DNA of 64,000 nt from a bacterium (lineage in GTDB: Bacteria > Patescibacteriota > Minisyncoccia > 2-01-FULL-47-10 > JBBIMT01): positions 32,242-96,241 of the forward strand of contig JBBIOV010000002.1 in assembly GCA_037443185.1 (NCBI GenBank), written 5' to 3'. Below are positions 37,663 through 46,913 of the stretch, in pieces. Under the pieces are notes generated by a model that was not told the origin of the DNA, searched no databases, and saw nothing but the letters and a program-made list of their open reading frames with translations. Made by a program: the position numbers and the translations under genes. Numbering within the stretch: the stretch's first letter is position 1; each line of letters begins with the position of its first letter.

Positions 37663-39495
37663 ATGCAACATTTACAAACTATAAGTCAGAAATTCGTTAT
37701 TGAAGGCCAAAATCAGGCAGAAATTTTTATTTATCATCCCTTGCAAGAAAATCAACAAAGGCTTGGTAATTTATATATTATAGGCGAGGTTGAAACTTTT
37801 GGGCACAAAGAAGAATCAAGAATAATTTTATTAAATGCTTTAGCGTCAGTAATCAAGAAAACTTATTATTCTTTCACCGATCCCCCTGATATCGTTAAGG
37901 CATTTGAATTTACTTTAAAAAAAGCTTCTATTCATTTTAAAAACACCTTAAAGAATTTTAAGGGATCACTCCATCTTCTAATAATCGTTATTTCTGCTAA
38001 CCGAATATTTTTTGCTAAAACTGGCAAAGCAAATATTTGGCTTATTCGCGGGGGCAAATGGACTTTAATTTCTCAACTGGCTTCAAATCATAAAAAAAAC
38101 CATACAGCTTTATTATTTAATCATATTTTTTCTGGTAAGATTTATCCGAACGATTCCTTTTTAGCAGTTACTCCTAAAATTATTCCTTATATTACCCAAG
38201 AATCTTTCAAAATTAAAGTTACTTCACTACCCTTTGAATCAACTATTTCTTTCTTGAAAAAAAATTTAAAAGAAATAGATCCCTCGTCATCAGCTGCTAT
38301 TTTAAAAATAGACATTAAAGAAGCTCAAACTTTGCTGAAAAATAAAAACATTTCTCAATATTTTCAAAATACAGCTAACAAAGAAACAAAACAAAACGGA
38401 TTAATCTTGACTGCTGAAAAACCGACTTTAAAAAATATAACCAATAGAGAAAAGGATTTTTTCAATCGACTCAGTTTATATTTTCATAAATATTTAAAGC
38501 CATATCAACATCGTTATAATCCTAGTCTTAAAATTGCTTATATTTTATTTGTTGTTGTGGTTATTTTAGGATTGATATACATTTCCCAAAAAAATGAAAC
38601 GCCCAAAGAAATTAATCAAAATTTTCCTATAAAAAATCCAGCTAAAAACAAAGAAGTTTCCCAATCTTCTTTCCAAAATTATCAAAATTTAATTAAGGAA
38701 GCACAATTTTTACAATTGGTTGATTTTTTAAAAAGCGGTTTTTCTTTTCAACCTCAAACTCTACTCCACACCGCCGATTCATTATTTTTGATTGACAACA
38801 ATTTGTTAATAAAGTTCGATATTTTAAAAAATCAATTATCTACAGCGTTTATTGATAATAATTTTAAAGATTATTTTTGGGGAGTGCAATTTCCTTTAAC
38901 TAACAACGCTTTTATAGTTTCATCAAATGCTCCATCTACCGTTTACCTTTTCAATGTATCAGATAAAAGTTTAAAGTCCTTTCAAGTAAAATTCCCCGAA
39001 AAAGATAATTCTATAAAAGATTTAGCGATATATAGTTCCAACTTGTATTTTTTAACTTCAAATGCACCATGGCTATACAAATCGCCGATTTCTATTTCTT
39101 TTGCATTAAGTAACCCCACTAAATGGCTCTCTGATTCCTCTTTTGAAATGACTAACGATCCTCTTTCATTGGCAATTGATTCTAACATTTATATTTTAGA
39201 TTCAAGCGGTAAAGTATTAAAATTTTATAAAGGAAAAAAAATTGATTCCTTTGACAATAAAACAGGAATAGAAATCGGTGTTGATGCAAAAATTTATACC
39301 GATTTAACGCTTCAAAATCTCTATATTGCTGATCCTGTAAATAGTCGCATAATCATTTTATCAAAAGATGGTAAAAAATTTAAACAAATTGCGCGCGATG
39401 AACTTAAAGGAACGCGCCTTATTTCAATTTCATCTGACGAAAAAACAATTTACGCGGCAAACTCAAGGGGGCTATTTAAAATAACTTTACCTTAA
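37663..39495 (+). CDS. Membrane protein: N-terminal PP2C-like (probably catalytically degenerate) domain, one TM helix, extracellular NHL-repeat-like propeller
   Basis: IFFAKTGKANIWLIRGGK and DSFLAVTPKI resemble the PP2C VANVGDSRAYLxRxG and DDFLILASDG blocks, but the metal-binding Asp residues are substituted. TM helix IAYILFVVVVILGLIYI. C-terminal LYIADPVNSRIIIL is an NHL-type repeat. Confidence 0.4.
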   Translation: MQHLQTISQKFVIEGQNQAEIFIYHPLQENQQRLGNLYIIGEVETFGHKEESRIILLNALASVIKKTYYSFTDPPDIVKAFEFTLKKASIHFKNTLKNFKGSLHLLIIVISANRIFFAKTGKANIWLIRGGKWTLISQLASNHKKNHTALLFNHIFSGKIYPNDSFLAVTPKIIPYITQESFKIKVTSLPFESTISFLKKNLKEIDPSSSAAILKIDIKEAQTLLKNKNISQYFQNTANKETKQNGLILTAEKPTLKNITNREKDFFNRLSLYFHKYLKPYQHRYNPSLKIAYILFVVVVILGLIYISQKNETPKEINQNFPIKNPAKNKEVSQSSFQNYQNLIKEAQFLQLVDFLKSGFSFQPQTLLHTADSLFLIDNNLLIKFDILKNQLSTAFIDNNFKDYFWGVQFPLTNNAFIVSSNAPSTVYLFNVSDKSLKSFQVKFPEKDNSIKDLAIYSSNLYFLTSNAPWLYKSPISISFALSNPTKWLSDSSFEMTNDPLSLAIDSNIYILDSSGKVLKFYKGKKIDSFDNKTGIEIGVDAKIYTDLTLQNLYIADPVNSRIIILSKDGKKFKQIARDELKGTRLISISSDEKTIYAANSRGLFKITLP

Positions 39496-39546
39496 AGATT
39501 TCAATGGAAAATTAACAATATTTTTTATTTTTGCAAATTTAACAAC

Positions 39547-39590
39547 AAAAAGCCTTCTTGTTTAAATAATTACAATGAAGGCTTTTTGTT
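39547..39590. terminator. Bidirectional intrinsic terminator between convergent 37663..39495 and rplL
   Basis: aaaagccttc ... gaaggctttt hairpin followed by tttt, with A-run on the other side. Confidence 0.65.
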
Positions 39591-39628
39591 CTGGTCTAAC
39601 TTTTAGATCTAGGTCTTAAATCATAATT

Positions 39629-40027
39629 TTATTGTAGTTCTACTTTAGCGCCCACAGCCTCTAATTCTTTCTTCATTTTCTCAGCTTCTTCTTTTGGCAC
39701 ATTTTCTTTCAGAATCTGCGGTGGAGCTTCTACAATGTCTTTTGCTTCTTTTAGTCCCTTACCAGTAATATCTTTAACCAATTTAATTACTGCTATCTTT
39801 TGCGCTCCGGCTTCTTTTAAAATAACATTAAAAGAAGTTTTGGCTTCAGCTTGGGGAGCAGCTTGAGTTCCAGCCACTGGAGCAACAACGGTCATCACTG
39901 GTGCTTGAGCAGAAACACCAAACTTTTTTTCAAGTATTTTCACCAGTTCAGCTAAATCAACAACGCTCATTTTTTCTATTTCCTCAACGATTTTTTGGAA
40001 TTTTTCTGGAATCTTTACCTCTTCCAT
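39629..40027 (-). CDS. rplL: 50S ribosomal protein L7/L12
   Basis: EKFGVSA...A/P/V-rich hinge...[35 protein letters not shown]...AKVELQ. Confidence 0.95.
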   Translation of the reverse strand: MEEVKIPEKFQKIVEEIEKMSVVDLAELVKILEKKFGVSAQAPVMTVVAPVAGTQAAPQAEAKTSFNVILKEAGAQKIAVIKLVKDITGKGLKEAKDIVEAPPQILKENVPKEEAEKMKKELEAVGAKVELQ

Positions 40028-40096
40028 ATTATTTTTTGCTTAACTGCTATCTTGTTATTTTGAAAAAATAACAAGCTAACAAGCTAGCAATTCAAA

Positions 40097-40606
40097 TTAC
40101 TTTTTATTTTTTAATAATTGGAGAAAATCTCTCATAGGAGTAGAAATTACAGAAACAAAATTTCTAGTAGGCGCTTGTAAAATGGAAAGTAGTTGCGCTA
40201 ATAATTCTTTTTGCGAAGGCAAATCGGCAATTTGCAAAACTTCGCTAGCGCTAATAAATCTGGCTTCTAAAATTCCGCCTAAAACAACTAAATTCTCTAC
40301 TTCTTTATCTTTAAACTGTTTTAAAATTTTTGCCCCCTGAGTCTGACCCTTTTCATCTGCAATCAAAGCGATTGAACCTTTGTATAAATCAAAATATTCT
40401 TTAATGCCTAATTTCGCTGCTGCTAATTTAAAAAGATTTTTCTTTGTTATTCTTAATTTTATTCCCTCTTTTTTTAAATTCTTTCTAAGCATCAAAAGTT
40501 TAGGCATTGACAAGCCTGAAAAATCAAAAAAAACTGTGCTTTTTGCTTTTTCAAGCATTTTTGTTAATTCTTCTACTATTTTCTTTTTTTGGTCTTTTGT
40601 TAACAT
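40097..40606 (-). CDS. rplJ: 50S ribosomal protein L10
   Basis: 169 aa. Typical uL10 N-terminus (KDQKKKIVEEL...AKSTVFFDFSGLS...L.LR). Directly upstream of rplL. Confidence 0.9.
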   Translation of the reverse strand: MLTKDQKKKIVEELTKMLEKAKSTVFFDFSGLSMPKLLMLRKNLKKEGIKLRITKKNLFKLAAAKLGIKEYFDLYKGSIALIADEKGQTQGAKILKQFKDKEVENLVVLGGILEARFISASEVLQIADLPSQKELLAQLLSILQAPTRNFVSVISTPMRDFLQLLKNKK

Positions 40607-40697
40607 AATATTTTCTGCATTTTTTCAAGTTGCAAGATTTTTAAAAACAGATAATTACTTGTTTAAAATAAAATAAAAAAAATAAAAAAATCCGCGT

Positions 40698-40832
40698 TAA
40701 ACCGCAGACAAAAATACTAAATATTATCTACATCATTACTGAATACTCATCTATTCCTGCGCGGGACTTATAGGAAGATATTTGGAAATATTTAGATTTC
40801 AAAATATCCAGCTGCCCGCGGTCTGCGGAATA
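40698..40832 (-). promoter_or_regulatory. Structured rplJ leader (candidate L10(L12)4 autoregulatory element)
   Basis: Nested GC-rich long-range pairings in an AT-rich leader: ccgcagac (40702-09) with gtctgcgg (40821-28), and cgcggg (40760-65) with cccgcg (40815-20). About 90 nt upstream of the rplJ start. Confidence 0.5.
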
Positions 40833-40998
40833 TAATACTATAATAAAATAATTTTTGTTAAAATAAGTTTAATATTTTCATTTTAAAAAGTCAAGTTTTC
40901 AAATTATTTTTATTTACAAAAAAAATATTAAGACAAAAATAAAAAATGTCAGGTTTTTAAATAAAAATATTGTGTTTGTGATATCGTAAAACTTAAAA

Positions 40999-41041
40999 TA
41001 AAAAATGCCCAGCGATGGTTATTGTATAACCAAAGCTGGGC
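40999..41041 (-). terminator. Intrinsic terminator downstream of greA
   Basis: Minus strand: gcccagc-(internal ggttat/ataacc stem)-gctgggc followed by attttttatttt. Confidence 0.65.
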
Positions 41042-41098
41042 ATACTACTTCCTCTTAAAGAGGGTGGTGGTGAGGAGATGGAAGATCAGCGACGCTTG

Positions 41099-41641
41099 TT
41101 AGATTGATGCGTCGCCAAATGAATGCTTAAAATCTGCCTCCATGCTTCCTCCCTTTGGTTGATGTTGGTTGATTACCTCCAAAATTTTGTACCTGATAAC
41201 CCCCTTTGGGGCTTTCACTGAAATCAAAGCCCCTGCTGCTTTACCCAACAAAACACTTCCACAAGGAGACTGATAAGAGATTTTTCCGATCTCACAATCA
41301 GCTTCCTCTGGGGACACTACTCGTATTTTTTCTTCCTTTCCGTTGGTTAAATCTTTTAATTTAACCACGGAGCCTATACCGATCTTTTTAGATTTAAAGC
41401 TAGACTCCAACCAATCTATAACTGTTGCATTATCTAGCTCTTGTTGCAACTTTTCTCTTTTTAACTCTAACTTTTCCTTTTCCGCGAGAATATCGAGATA
41501 TTCTGCGTCAAGAGGTTGGGAATGATGAAATCTCGCCCGTTGAAGGCTTCTGGGTATTTCTTCGTGAAGCCTCCTGTTTATTGAATCAAGAAGCTCTTTT
41601 TTCTTTTTATACCCTTCAAAGGTCAGAATAATTCCCATCAT
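41099..41641 (-). CDS. greA: Transcription elongation factor GreA-family
   Basis: C-terminal FKBP-like block KISYQSPCGSVLLGKAAGALISVKAPKGVIRYKILEV. N-terminal coiled coil with LDAEY at the tip position. Confidence 0.8.
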   Translation of the reverse strand: MMGIILTFEGYKKKKELLDSINRRLHEEIPRSLQRARFHHSQPLDAEYLDILAEKEKLELKREKLQQELDNATVIDWLESSFKSKKIGIGSVVKLKDLTNGKEEKIRVVSPEEADCEIGKISYQSPCGSVLLGKAAGALISVKAPKGVIRYKILEVINQHQPKGGSMEADFKHSFGDASI

Positions 41642-41650
41642 TCCCCCTCT

Positions 41651-41857
41651 CTACCGTTTAGATACCAACCGCTGAATCAACGAAACAACTTGTTGACCCA
41701 CCAATGTTCTCTTCTGCACTTCAACGACACCGTTATTTACAACCACTTCTCCGATGCCGTTGATAACCGGCTTGCTTTCTGGGTTGCAACATATTACTTG
41801 TTGATGTCTGGTGTTTTTGAGAGTCAACCATTTTTTATGCTTCTTTTTAAACGCCAT
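41651..41857 (-). CDS. Hypothetical small basic protein (68 aa)
   Basis: ORF with very basic N-terminus (MAFKKKHKKWLTLKNTRH). Tried and rejected matches to bL32/bL36/bL27/IF-1. Locally elevated GC. Confidence 0.35.
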   Translation of the reverse strand: MAFKKKHKKWLTLKNTRHQQVICCNPESKPVINGIGEVVVNNGVVEVQKRTLVGQQVVSLIQRLVSKR

Positions 41858-42153
41858 ATTTTCACTCCCCCTTTGATTTGATTTTTTTTATCTTCTACAA
41901 CAATCAAATCTTTCAAGGGAGATCACCCCCTACACTTTTGCTGGACCTTCATTAATTTAAAGAACACCTCCTTAAGTTATCGCCTTAAATTAGCCTGCCA
42001 GCTTCAGGCTAATAAGCGAGATTGTTTTTCTATTTTATACTTTTCATCTCCTTTTGTCAATGTAAATTTTCAAACTTTACAAATATCTTTCCTTTTTTCT
42101 GATTTTACAACATTTTGATAGAAATTTGGCAAAACATAAAAAACGCAAGAGAA

Positions 42154-43194
42154 TTATCTTAAATATTTTTTAATATTTTCAAGATGTTCTTGATAAGTTT
42201 TTGAAAAATGCGTTCTGCCCTCTTTATCAGTTAAATAAAAGTAATAATCAGTCATTAATGGCTCAAACGCTGCTTGAATGGATTCAAGACCAGGGTTGGC
42301 TATCGGAGTTGGCGGTAATCCTTTAAATTTGTAAGTATTATATGGGGAATCAATTTTTAGTTCTTTTTCATTAAGCCAAGGTCGATTTGTCTTAAGAATA
42401 TAATTTAAAGTGGAATCGACCTGGAGGGGATAATTATCTTGTAGTCTTTTCCATAATATTCCGGAGACTATTTTTTTATCATTTTTTTCTTGGACTTCTT
42501 TTTCAATAATTGAAGCCAACTTGAGAATATCATAAAACTGATTATCAGCAACTGATAGCGGCTGTTTTATTTTTAGCGGTGAATTTTGTATAAAAGTGTT
42601 TAAATTATTCAAAACTTTATTTTTAAAATTTTTTAAAATGGTTTTTAAAATAACGTCTGTTTTTTGGCCTTTTTTAAAATAATAAGTATCAGGAAATAAA
42701 TAGCCTTCAAAATTATTTATTTTAAATTCTAGAATTTCGCTTGAATCGAAGTTTTTTAAATCATCTAAAAATTGAACTTTAGAAATTATTTTTTTATCTT
42801 CCAAAATTTCCCCAAACTGCTCTACAGTTTTACCTTCAGGAAAAATAACAATAATGTCTGGCTGATTTTGTAAAATTTTCAGCACATCAAAACCATTTAA
42901 TCTACCGCTAAATTCGTAAAATCCTACTTGCAATTTTCTTTCAATATTATAATTTCTAGCGGCTATTTTAAATAAAAATTCACTCTTGATTACTCCTTTT
43001 TCTTTTAAAAGACCTGAAAGTGCAGAAAGAGTTTGACCTTCTTTAACTTCCACTGAAATTACTTGATTACCAAGGTCGACTTTTTGCCAAAAACCAAAAT
43101 AGAAAAAAAATCCGCTTGAAATTAAAATGATAATCAAAGATCCGACAAATCCTAAAATAAAAAAAATAACCGATTTTTTCCAATTAAAAATCAT
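42154..43194 (-). CDS. mltG: Endolytic murein transglycosylase MltG (YceG-like)
   Basis: N-terminal TM, then the YceG-domain pattern (FPEGKTVEQ, FPDTYYF, YPLQVDSTLNYIL, PYNTYKFKGLPPTPIANPG). Confidence 0.85.
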   Translation of the reverse strand: MIFNWKKSVIFFILGFVGSLIIILISSGFFFYFGFWQKVDLGNQVISVEVKEGQTLSALSGLLKEKGVIKSEFLFKIAARNYNIERKLQVGFYEFSGRLNGFDVLKILQNQPDIIVIFPEGKTVEQFGEILEDKKIISKVQFLDDLKNFDSSEILEFKINNFEGYLFPDTYYFKKGQKTDVILKTILKNFKNKVLNNLNTFIQNSPLKIKQPLSVADNQFYDILKLASIIEKEVQEKNDKKIVSGILWKRLQDNYPLQVDSTLNYILKTNRPWLNEKELKIDSPYNTYKFKGLPPTPIANPGLESIQAAFEPLMTDYYFYLTDKEGRTHFSKTYQEHLENIKKYLR

Positions 43195-43260
43195 AGATTT
43201 TTTGTTGTAGTTGAATTTGTCCTTTTGAAAAATTTTGAAAAAAATTTAAAAGTTTACCCT

Positions 43261-43416
43261 TTATCTGCTTTCTTGATGAATGGTATGCTCTTTACACCAA
43301 GGACAAAACTTAGAAAAAGACAGCTTTCTTGAGACTGTCTTTTTGTTTTTATATGGCCAATAATTTATCCTTTTGCACTTGGCGCATTTTAATTTTGTCA
43401 TTTTTTCCATTGCCAT
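43261..43416 (-). CDS. rpmG: 50S ribosomal protein L33
   Basis: KLKCAKCKRINYWPYKNKKTVSRKLSFSKFCPWCKEHTIHQE is the bL33 Zn-ribbon pattern. Start set at the Met at 43416, 4 nt after tRNA-Thr. The longer ORF to 43461 would overlap the tRNA. Confidence 0.85.
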   Translation of the reverse strand: MAMEKMTKLKCAKCKRINYWPYKNKKTVSRKLSFSKFCPWCKEHTIHQESR

Positions 43417-43419
43417 AGA

Positions 43420-43492
43420 AGCCGATGACCGGGGTCGAACCGGTGACCTTTCCCTTACCATGGGAATGCTCTACCAGCTGAGCTACATCGGC
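43420..43492 (-). tRNA. tRNA-Thr (anticodon GGU)
   Basis: Reverse complement folds as GCCGATG-TA-GCTC-AGCTGGTA-GAGC-A-TTCCC-atGGTaa-GGGAA-AGGTC-ACCGG-TTCGACC-CCGGT-CATCGGC-T. Confidence 0.85.
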
Positions 43493-43554
43493 AAAAATTT
43501 AATTCTCACTCAAAAAGCAACGATCCCTTTAGATGATTGACCTTGTTTTTTATA

Positions 43555-43639
43555 TGCGGAGAGGAGGATTCGAACCTCCGTAGCCCAGATGGGCGCCAGA
43601 TTTACAGTCTGGTGCATTTGACCGCTCTGCCATCTCCGC
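43555..43639 (-). tRNA. tRNA-Tyr (anticodon GUA), long variable arm
   Basis: Reverse complement: acceptor GCGGAGA/TCTCCGC, D-loop AGCGGTCAAA, anticodon stem CCAGA/TCTGG with loop CTGTAAA, long variable arm CGCCCATCTGGGCTA, T-arm GGAGG-TTCGAAT-CCTCC. 85 nt. Confidence 0.85.
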
Positions 43640-43667
43640 TTTTTTTAATAATATTAAAAAAAATAAT

Positions 43668-43739
43668 ATTAATAAAAAGCCGATGGAGGGATTTGAACCC
43701 ACAACCTGCCGCTTACAAAGCGGCTGCTCTGCCATTGAG
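43668..43739 (-). tRNA. tRNA-Thr (anticodon UGU)
   Basis: Reverse complement: GCCGATG-TA-GCTC-AATGGC-AGAGC-A-GCCGC-ttTGTaa-GCGGC-AGGTT-GTGGG-TTCAAAT-CCCTC-CATCGGC-T, with one U-U mismatch in the T-stem. Confidence 0.75.
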
Positions 43740-43752
43740 CTACATCGGCCAA

Positions 43753-44529
43753 TCATCTTAACATCTCAATCTCTTTTTGTAGGTCTCTATCTTTGGAACC
43801 AAGTTTCAATGCATACTCAAAACAATTTTTCGCATCTTCGAAATTACCCAATTCTTTATAAATGATGCCAAGTTTTTTGTAAATATTAAAATCTTTTGGC
43901 CTTAAAGTAATCAATTTTAAAAGAGATTGTTCCTGTTTTAATAAAATATCACGCTTAATTGGATCATCGACAACTTGTTTTTTAAGTTCCTCCTTGTCTG
44001 TTTTAAAATCATCAGTCCTTGAATGAAACATTTGTTCCTTTAAAGGAGATGTCTCTTTTTTTTCCTTGAAAATCGGTTTAAAGATTGATGGTGGTATTTG
44101 TTTATTTTTAAAATCGTCAGTTCTTGCTACCTTCACAGATAATTTTCCTTCTTTAGTTTTATTGACTTTTTCCCATAGATTCTTCAAAAATTCCTTTTTT
44201 TCTTTACTAAAATGAACTGGCTTTAATTCTTTTTTGAATGTAGCAATTCTTGATAAAAATGCATTTTTTATTAGAAAAAAAAATTGAGTAATTTTATTAA
44301 CGCTGAAAATAACTGTCTTTTTGAATCTAGGAGCTATGAAGAAAAACATTTTTTTAAACCATAAGCCAGCTTGTTTGAAAAAAATATTTATTTTTGAAAA
44401 AATGATTTTGGTGATAAAAATAATTTTATCCCGTTTTTCCTTTTGGGTAAATATTTTCTTTGAATACAAAGCTAAAATTCCTGCGATGCTGAAATAAAAT
44501 ATGATTTTTGCGATTAAAATGAAAATCAT
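43753..44529 (-). CDS. Hypothetical membrane-anchored protein with C-terminal TPR repeats
   Basis: N-terminal TM helix. C-terminal YKKLGIIYKELGNFEDAKNCFEYALKLG is TPR-like. Confidence 0.5.
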   Translation of the reverse strand: MIFILIAKIIFYFSIAGILALYSKKIFTQKEKRDKIIFITKIIFSKINIFFKQAGLWFKKMFFFIAPRFKKTVIFSVNKITQFFFLIKNAFLSRIATFKKELKPVHFSKEKKEFLKNLWEKVNKTKEGKLSVKVARTDDFKNKQIPPSIFKPIFKEKKETSPLKEQMFHSRTDDFKTDKEELKKQVVDDPIKRDILLKQEQSLLKLITLRPKDFNIYKKLGIIYKELGNFEDAKNCFEYALKLGSKDRDLQKEIEMLR

Positions 44530-45107
44530 ATTTCGTATCTGGTAAATCCTCCAATTTCAATTTTTTCTCCAAATTTTGCTGTTTTTTCTTCAAGTAAATT
44601 TTTTATTTTTTTCGTTGGTTCTTTTATAAAAAATTGCTCAAGCAAAACTACTTCTTCCTTAAATTTATTGATTTTACCTTGAATAATTTTTTCTTTTATT
44701 TGAGCTGGTTTTTTATCTTGAAGAAGTTCTTGGGCATAGAAGTCTTCTTTTTCTTTTATGATTGCTTGAGGAATATCTTCATTTTTAATATATAAAGGAT
44801 TGCAAGCGGCTATCTGTAAAGCTAAGTTATGAGCTAATTCTTTAAATTCAGGATTGCGAGCCACAAAATCTGTTTCACAATATAAAACTAACAAAACCCC
44901 AATTTTTCCATTAAGATGAATATAAGCCTCAACAAGACCGGCTTTGGTAATCCTGTCTTGCTTTTTTGATGCTAAAACTTGACTTCGATTTTGTAAAATT
45001 TTCAGCGCTTTTTCTTCATCACCCTTTGCTTCTTCTAAAGCTTTTTTACATTCAATTACTGACATTCCAGTAATTTGTCTAATTTTTCTTAAAGTGTTAA
45101 TATCCAT
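44526..45107 (-). CDS. tsf: Elongation factor Ts (short form)
   Basis: N-terminal UBA-like LRKIRQITGMSVIECKKALEEAKGDEEKALKILQ. Directly downstream of rpsB. Confidence 0.9.
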   Translation of the reverse strand: MDINTLRKIRQITGMSVIECKKALEEAKGDEEKALKILQNRSQVLASKKQDRITKAGLVEAYIHLNGKIGVLLVLYCETDFVARNPEFKELAHNLALQIAACNPLYIKNEDIPQAIIKEKEDFYAQELLQDKKPAQIKEKIIQGKINKFKEEVVLLEQFFIKEPTKKIKNLLEEKTAKFGEKIEIGGFTRYEI

Positions 45108-45153
45108 AATTTTTGAAAATTTATTAGTAAAAATTTTAAAAATATATTTTTAA

Positions 45154-45888
45154 TTATTCTTTAACGACGCTTTTATCATTTTTTACTTTTTTGACAACTT
45201 CAATAATTTTTCCAAAAATGTAATTTAAAGAAGAAACTGCGTCATCGTTAGCCGGAATTGGATAATCAATTTGGTTAGGATCGGCGTTTGAGTCGCATAA
45301 AGCAACAACTTTTACTCCTTTTGCTTTGGCTTCTTTAATGGCTAACTTATCATGCACTGCATCAACCACGAAAATTGCTTCAGGCAATTTTGTTAAATCC
45401 TTAAGACCACCCCATTTCTTTGTTAAATATTGTAATTCCTTTAAAAAAAGGAGTCTTTCTTTTTTAGTGTATTTATCAAGCTCACCGCTTGCTATTTTTT
45501 TCTCTAACTCTCTAAAATACTCCAATCTTTTAGCAATAACAGAAAAATTAGTAAATGTCCCCCCCATCCATCTTTCAACTATATAAGGCATACCTATTTC
45601 TTTTGCCATCTTTTCAGTAACTTGGCGAGCATGGCTACGCGTTCCAACAAAAAGGATTGTTTTATCTTCTTTTATTAAATCAGCAATAAAATTCAAAGCC
45701 TTAAAAAATCTATCGAAAGTTTGTTCAAGATCAATAATATGCACAGCGCCTCTTGTTCCTTTTAAAAAAGGTTTCATTTGAGGGTTCCATTTTGATGCTC
45801 GATGCCCAAAAGAAACTCCCGCTTTTGCCATTTCAGCAATGGCTATGTCTTTGGAGCCTAAAATCGCTTCAACCACATTATTTGACAT
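45154..45888 (-). CDS. rpsB: 30S ribosomal protein S2
   Basis: 244 aa. ...AGVSFGHRASKWNPQMKPF..., VDAVHD..AIKEA.KLG, the canonical uS2 pattern. Confidence 0.93.
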   Translation of the reverse strand: MSNNVVEAILGSKDIAIAEMAKAGVSFGHRASKWNPQMKPFLKGTRGAVHIIDLEQTFDRFFKALNFIADLIKEDKTILFVGTRSHARQVTEKMAKEIGMPYIVERWMGGTFTNFSVIAKRLEYFRELEKKIASGELDKYTKKERLLFLKELQYLTKKWGGLKDLTKLPEAIFVVDAVHDKLAIKEAKAKGVKVVALCDSNADPNQIDYPIPANDDAVSSLNYIFGKIIEVVKKVKNDKSVVKE

Positions 45889-46161
45889 AAAATTACAAAA
45901 TTTACTTTTTAGTGATTTTTTTTATTTTTATAGTATAAGATTTTCTTTTGATAAAGTCAACTTCAAAATTTTTTTATTCAATAAAAAATATTTATTTTTT
46001 TGAAACTTGAATTTAATAAAAAAACCCAGCCCCATTTTCTATCATCCCTTGAATTTATACAAAAAATTAGGGATTTCAGAAAATGGGGCTGGGCCCTCCG
46101 ATAAAGATCTCATATTAATATGGCTTATTTTGGAAATTTCCAAAAATAAGCGTTTTTATTT

Positions 46162-46845
46162 TTACAATGAAGGAACAAGTTTTGAATATTGCTTGAGATT
46201 ATTGAGTTGCGATTGGGTGAGCTTTTGAGCTCTTGAAATCGCTTCTTTGATTAAATTCACAGAGAACGATATTTCTTGACCTACTTTCAATTTGAAATTA
46301 CCAGTCTTATCTTTCATATAATCTTCAATATAAATCTTATGTTCTTTTGACAGGTTGAGCGAGGAGCCTTCAGTGGATAAATATTTCTTTAGCGCTTTTC
46401 TAGCCAAATGCGTTATCCCCTCTCCCTTTCCCGCTTTTTCAGTATAAATTTCAACCTTTGCAACTTCTGGACCTCCTGTACCTATTTGGTTTTCAGTAGT
46501 TGTTTTAGTTTCTGATACTTTAGCGTTTGTTTCATTTTGTGTTTTAATATTTGCTGGAACTTCTTGACTACTTCGTATCGGAAACTTATTGGACGTCATC
46601 TTTTCTGAAGAAGTAGAATAAAAATAGATACCAAGCGCCAATAAAATGATAGCAATCAATGGCAATATAATCGTACTAAAATTTTCTTTTATCCAAGCAA
46701 TAGCTTTAGCCGTCATACCATTTTGCCACATTTTTTCATTTTTCAATCTGAAATTATCATTCTCTTTTATTTTTGCCATAATTTTCATCACCTCCTTCCA
46801 TAAATCATCAACCATTAAAAATTCTGAAACAATTGCTTGTTTCAA
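46162..46845 (-). CDS. Hypothetical membrane-anchored protein (227 aa)
   Basis: ORF with one TM helix (ILPLIAIILLALGIYFY) and an extracellular T/E/K-rich domain. Start may be an internal Met. Confidence 0.4.
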   Translation of the reverse strand: MKQAIVSEFLMVDDLWKEVMKIMAKIKENDNFRLKNEKMWQNGMTAKAIAWIKENFSTIILPLIAIILLALGIYFYSTSSEKMTSNKFPIRSSQEVPANIKTQNETNAKVSETKTTTENQIGTGGPEVAKVEIYTEKAGKGEGITHLARKALKKYLSTEGSSLNLSKEHKIYIEDYMKDKTGNFKLKVGQEISFSVNLIKEAISRAQKLTQSQLNNLKQYSKLVPSL

Positions 46846-46913
46846 AATTTTTAATATTTAATTGTTAAGGATCTAAAACTTTTTTTAACATTTATAATTT
46901 CTTACTGTTGATA

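Noticed and set aside
43537-43761. 74-aa (+) and 68-aa (-) ORFs
   Set aside because: Both lie entirely within the tRNA-Tyr / tRNA-Thr(UGU) genes and their spacers.
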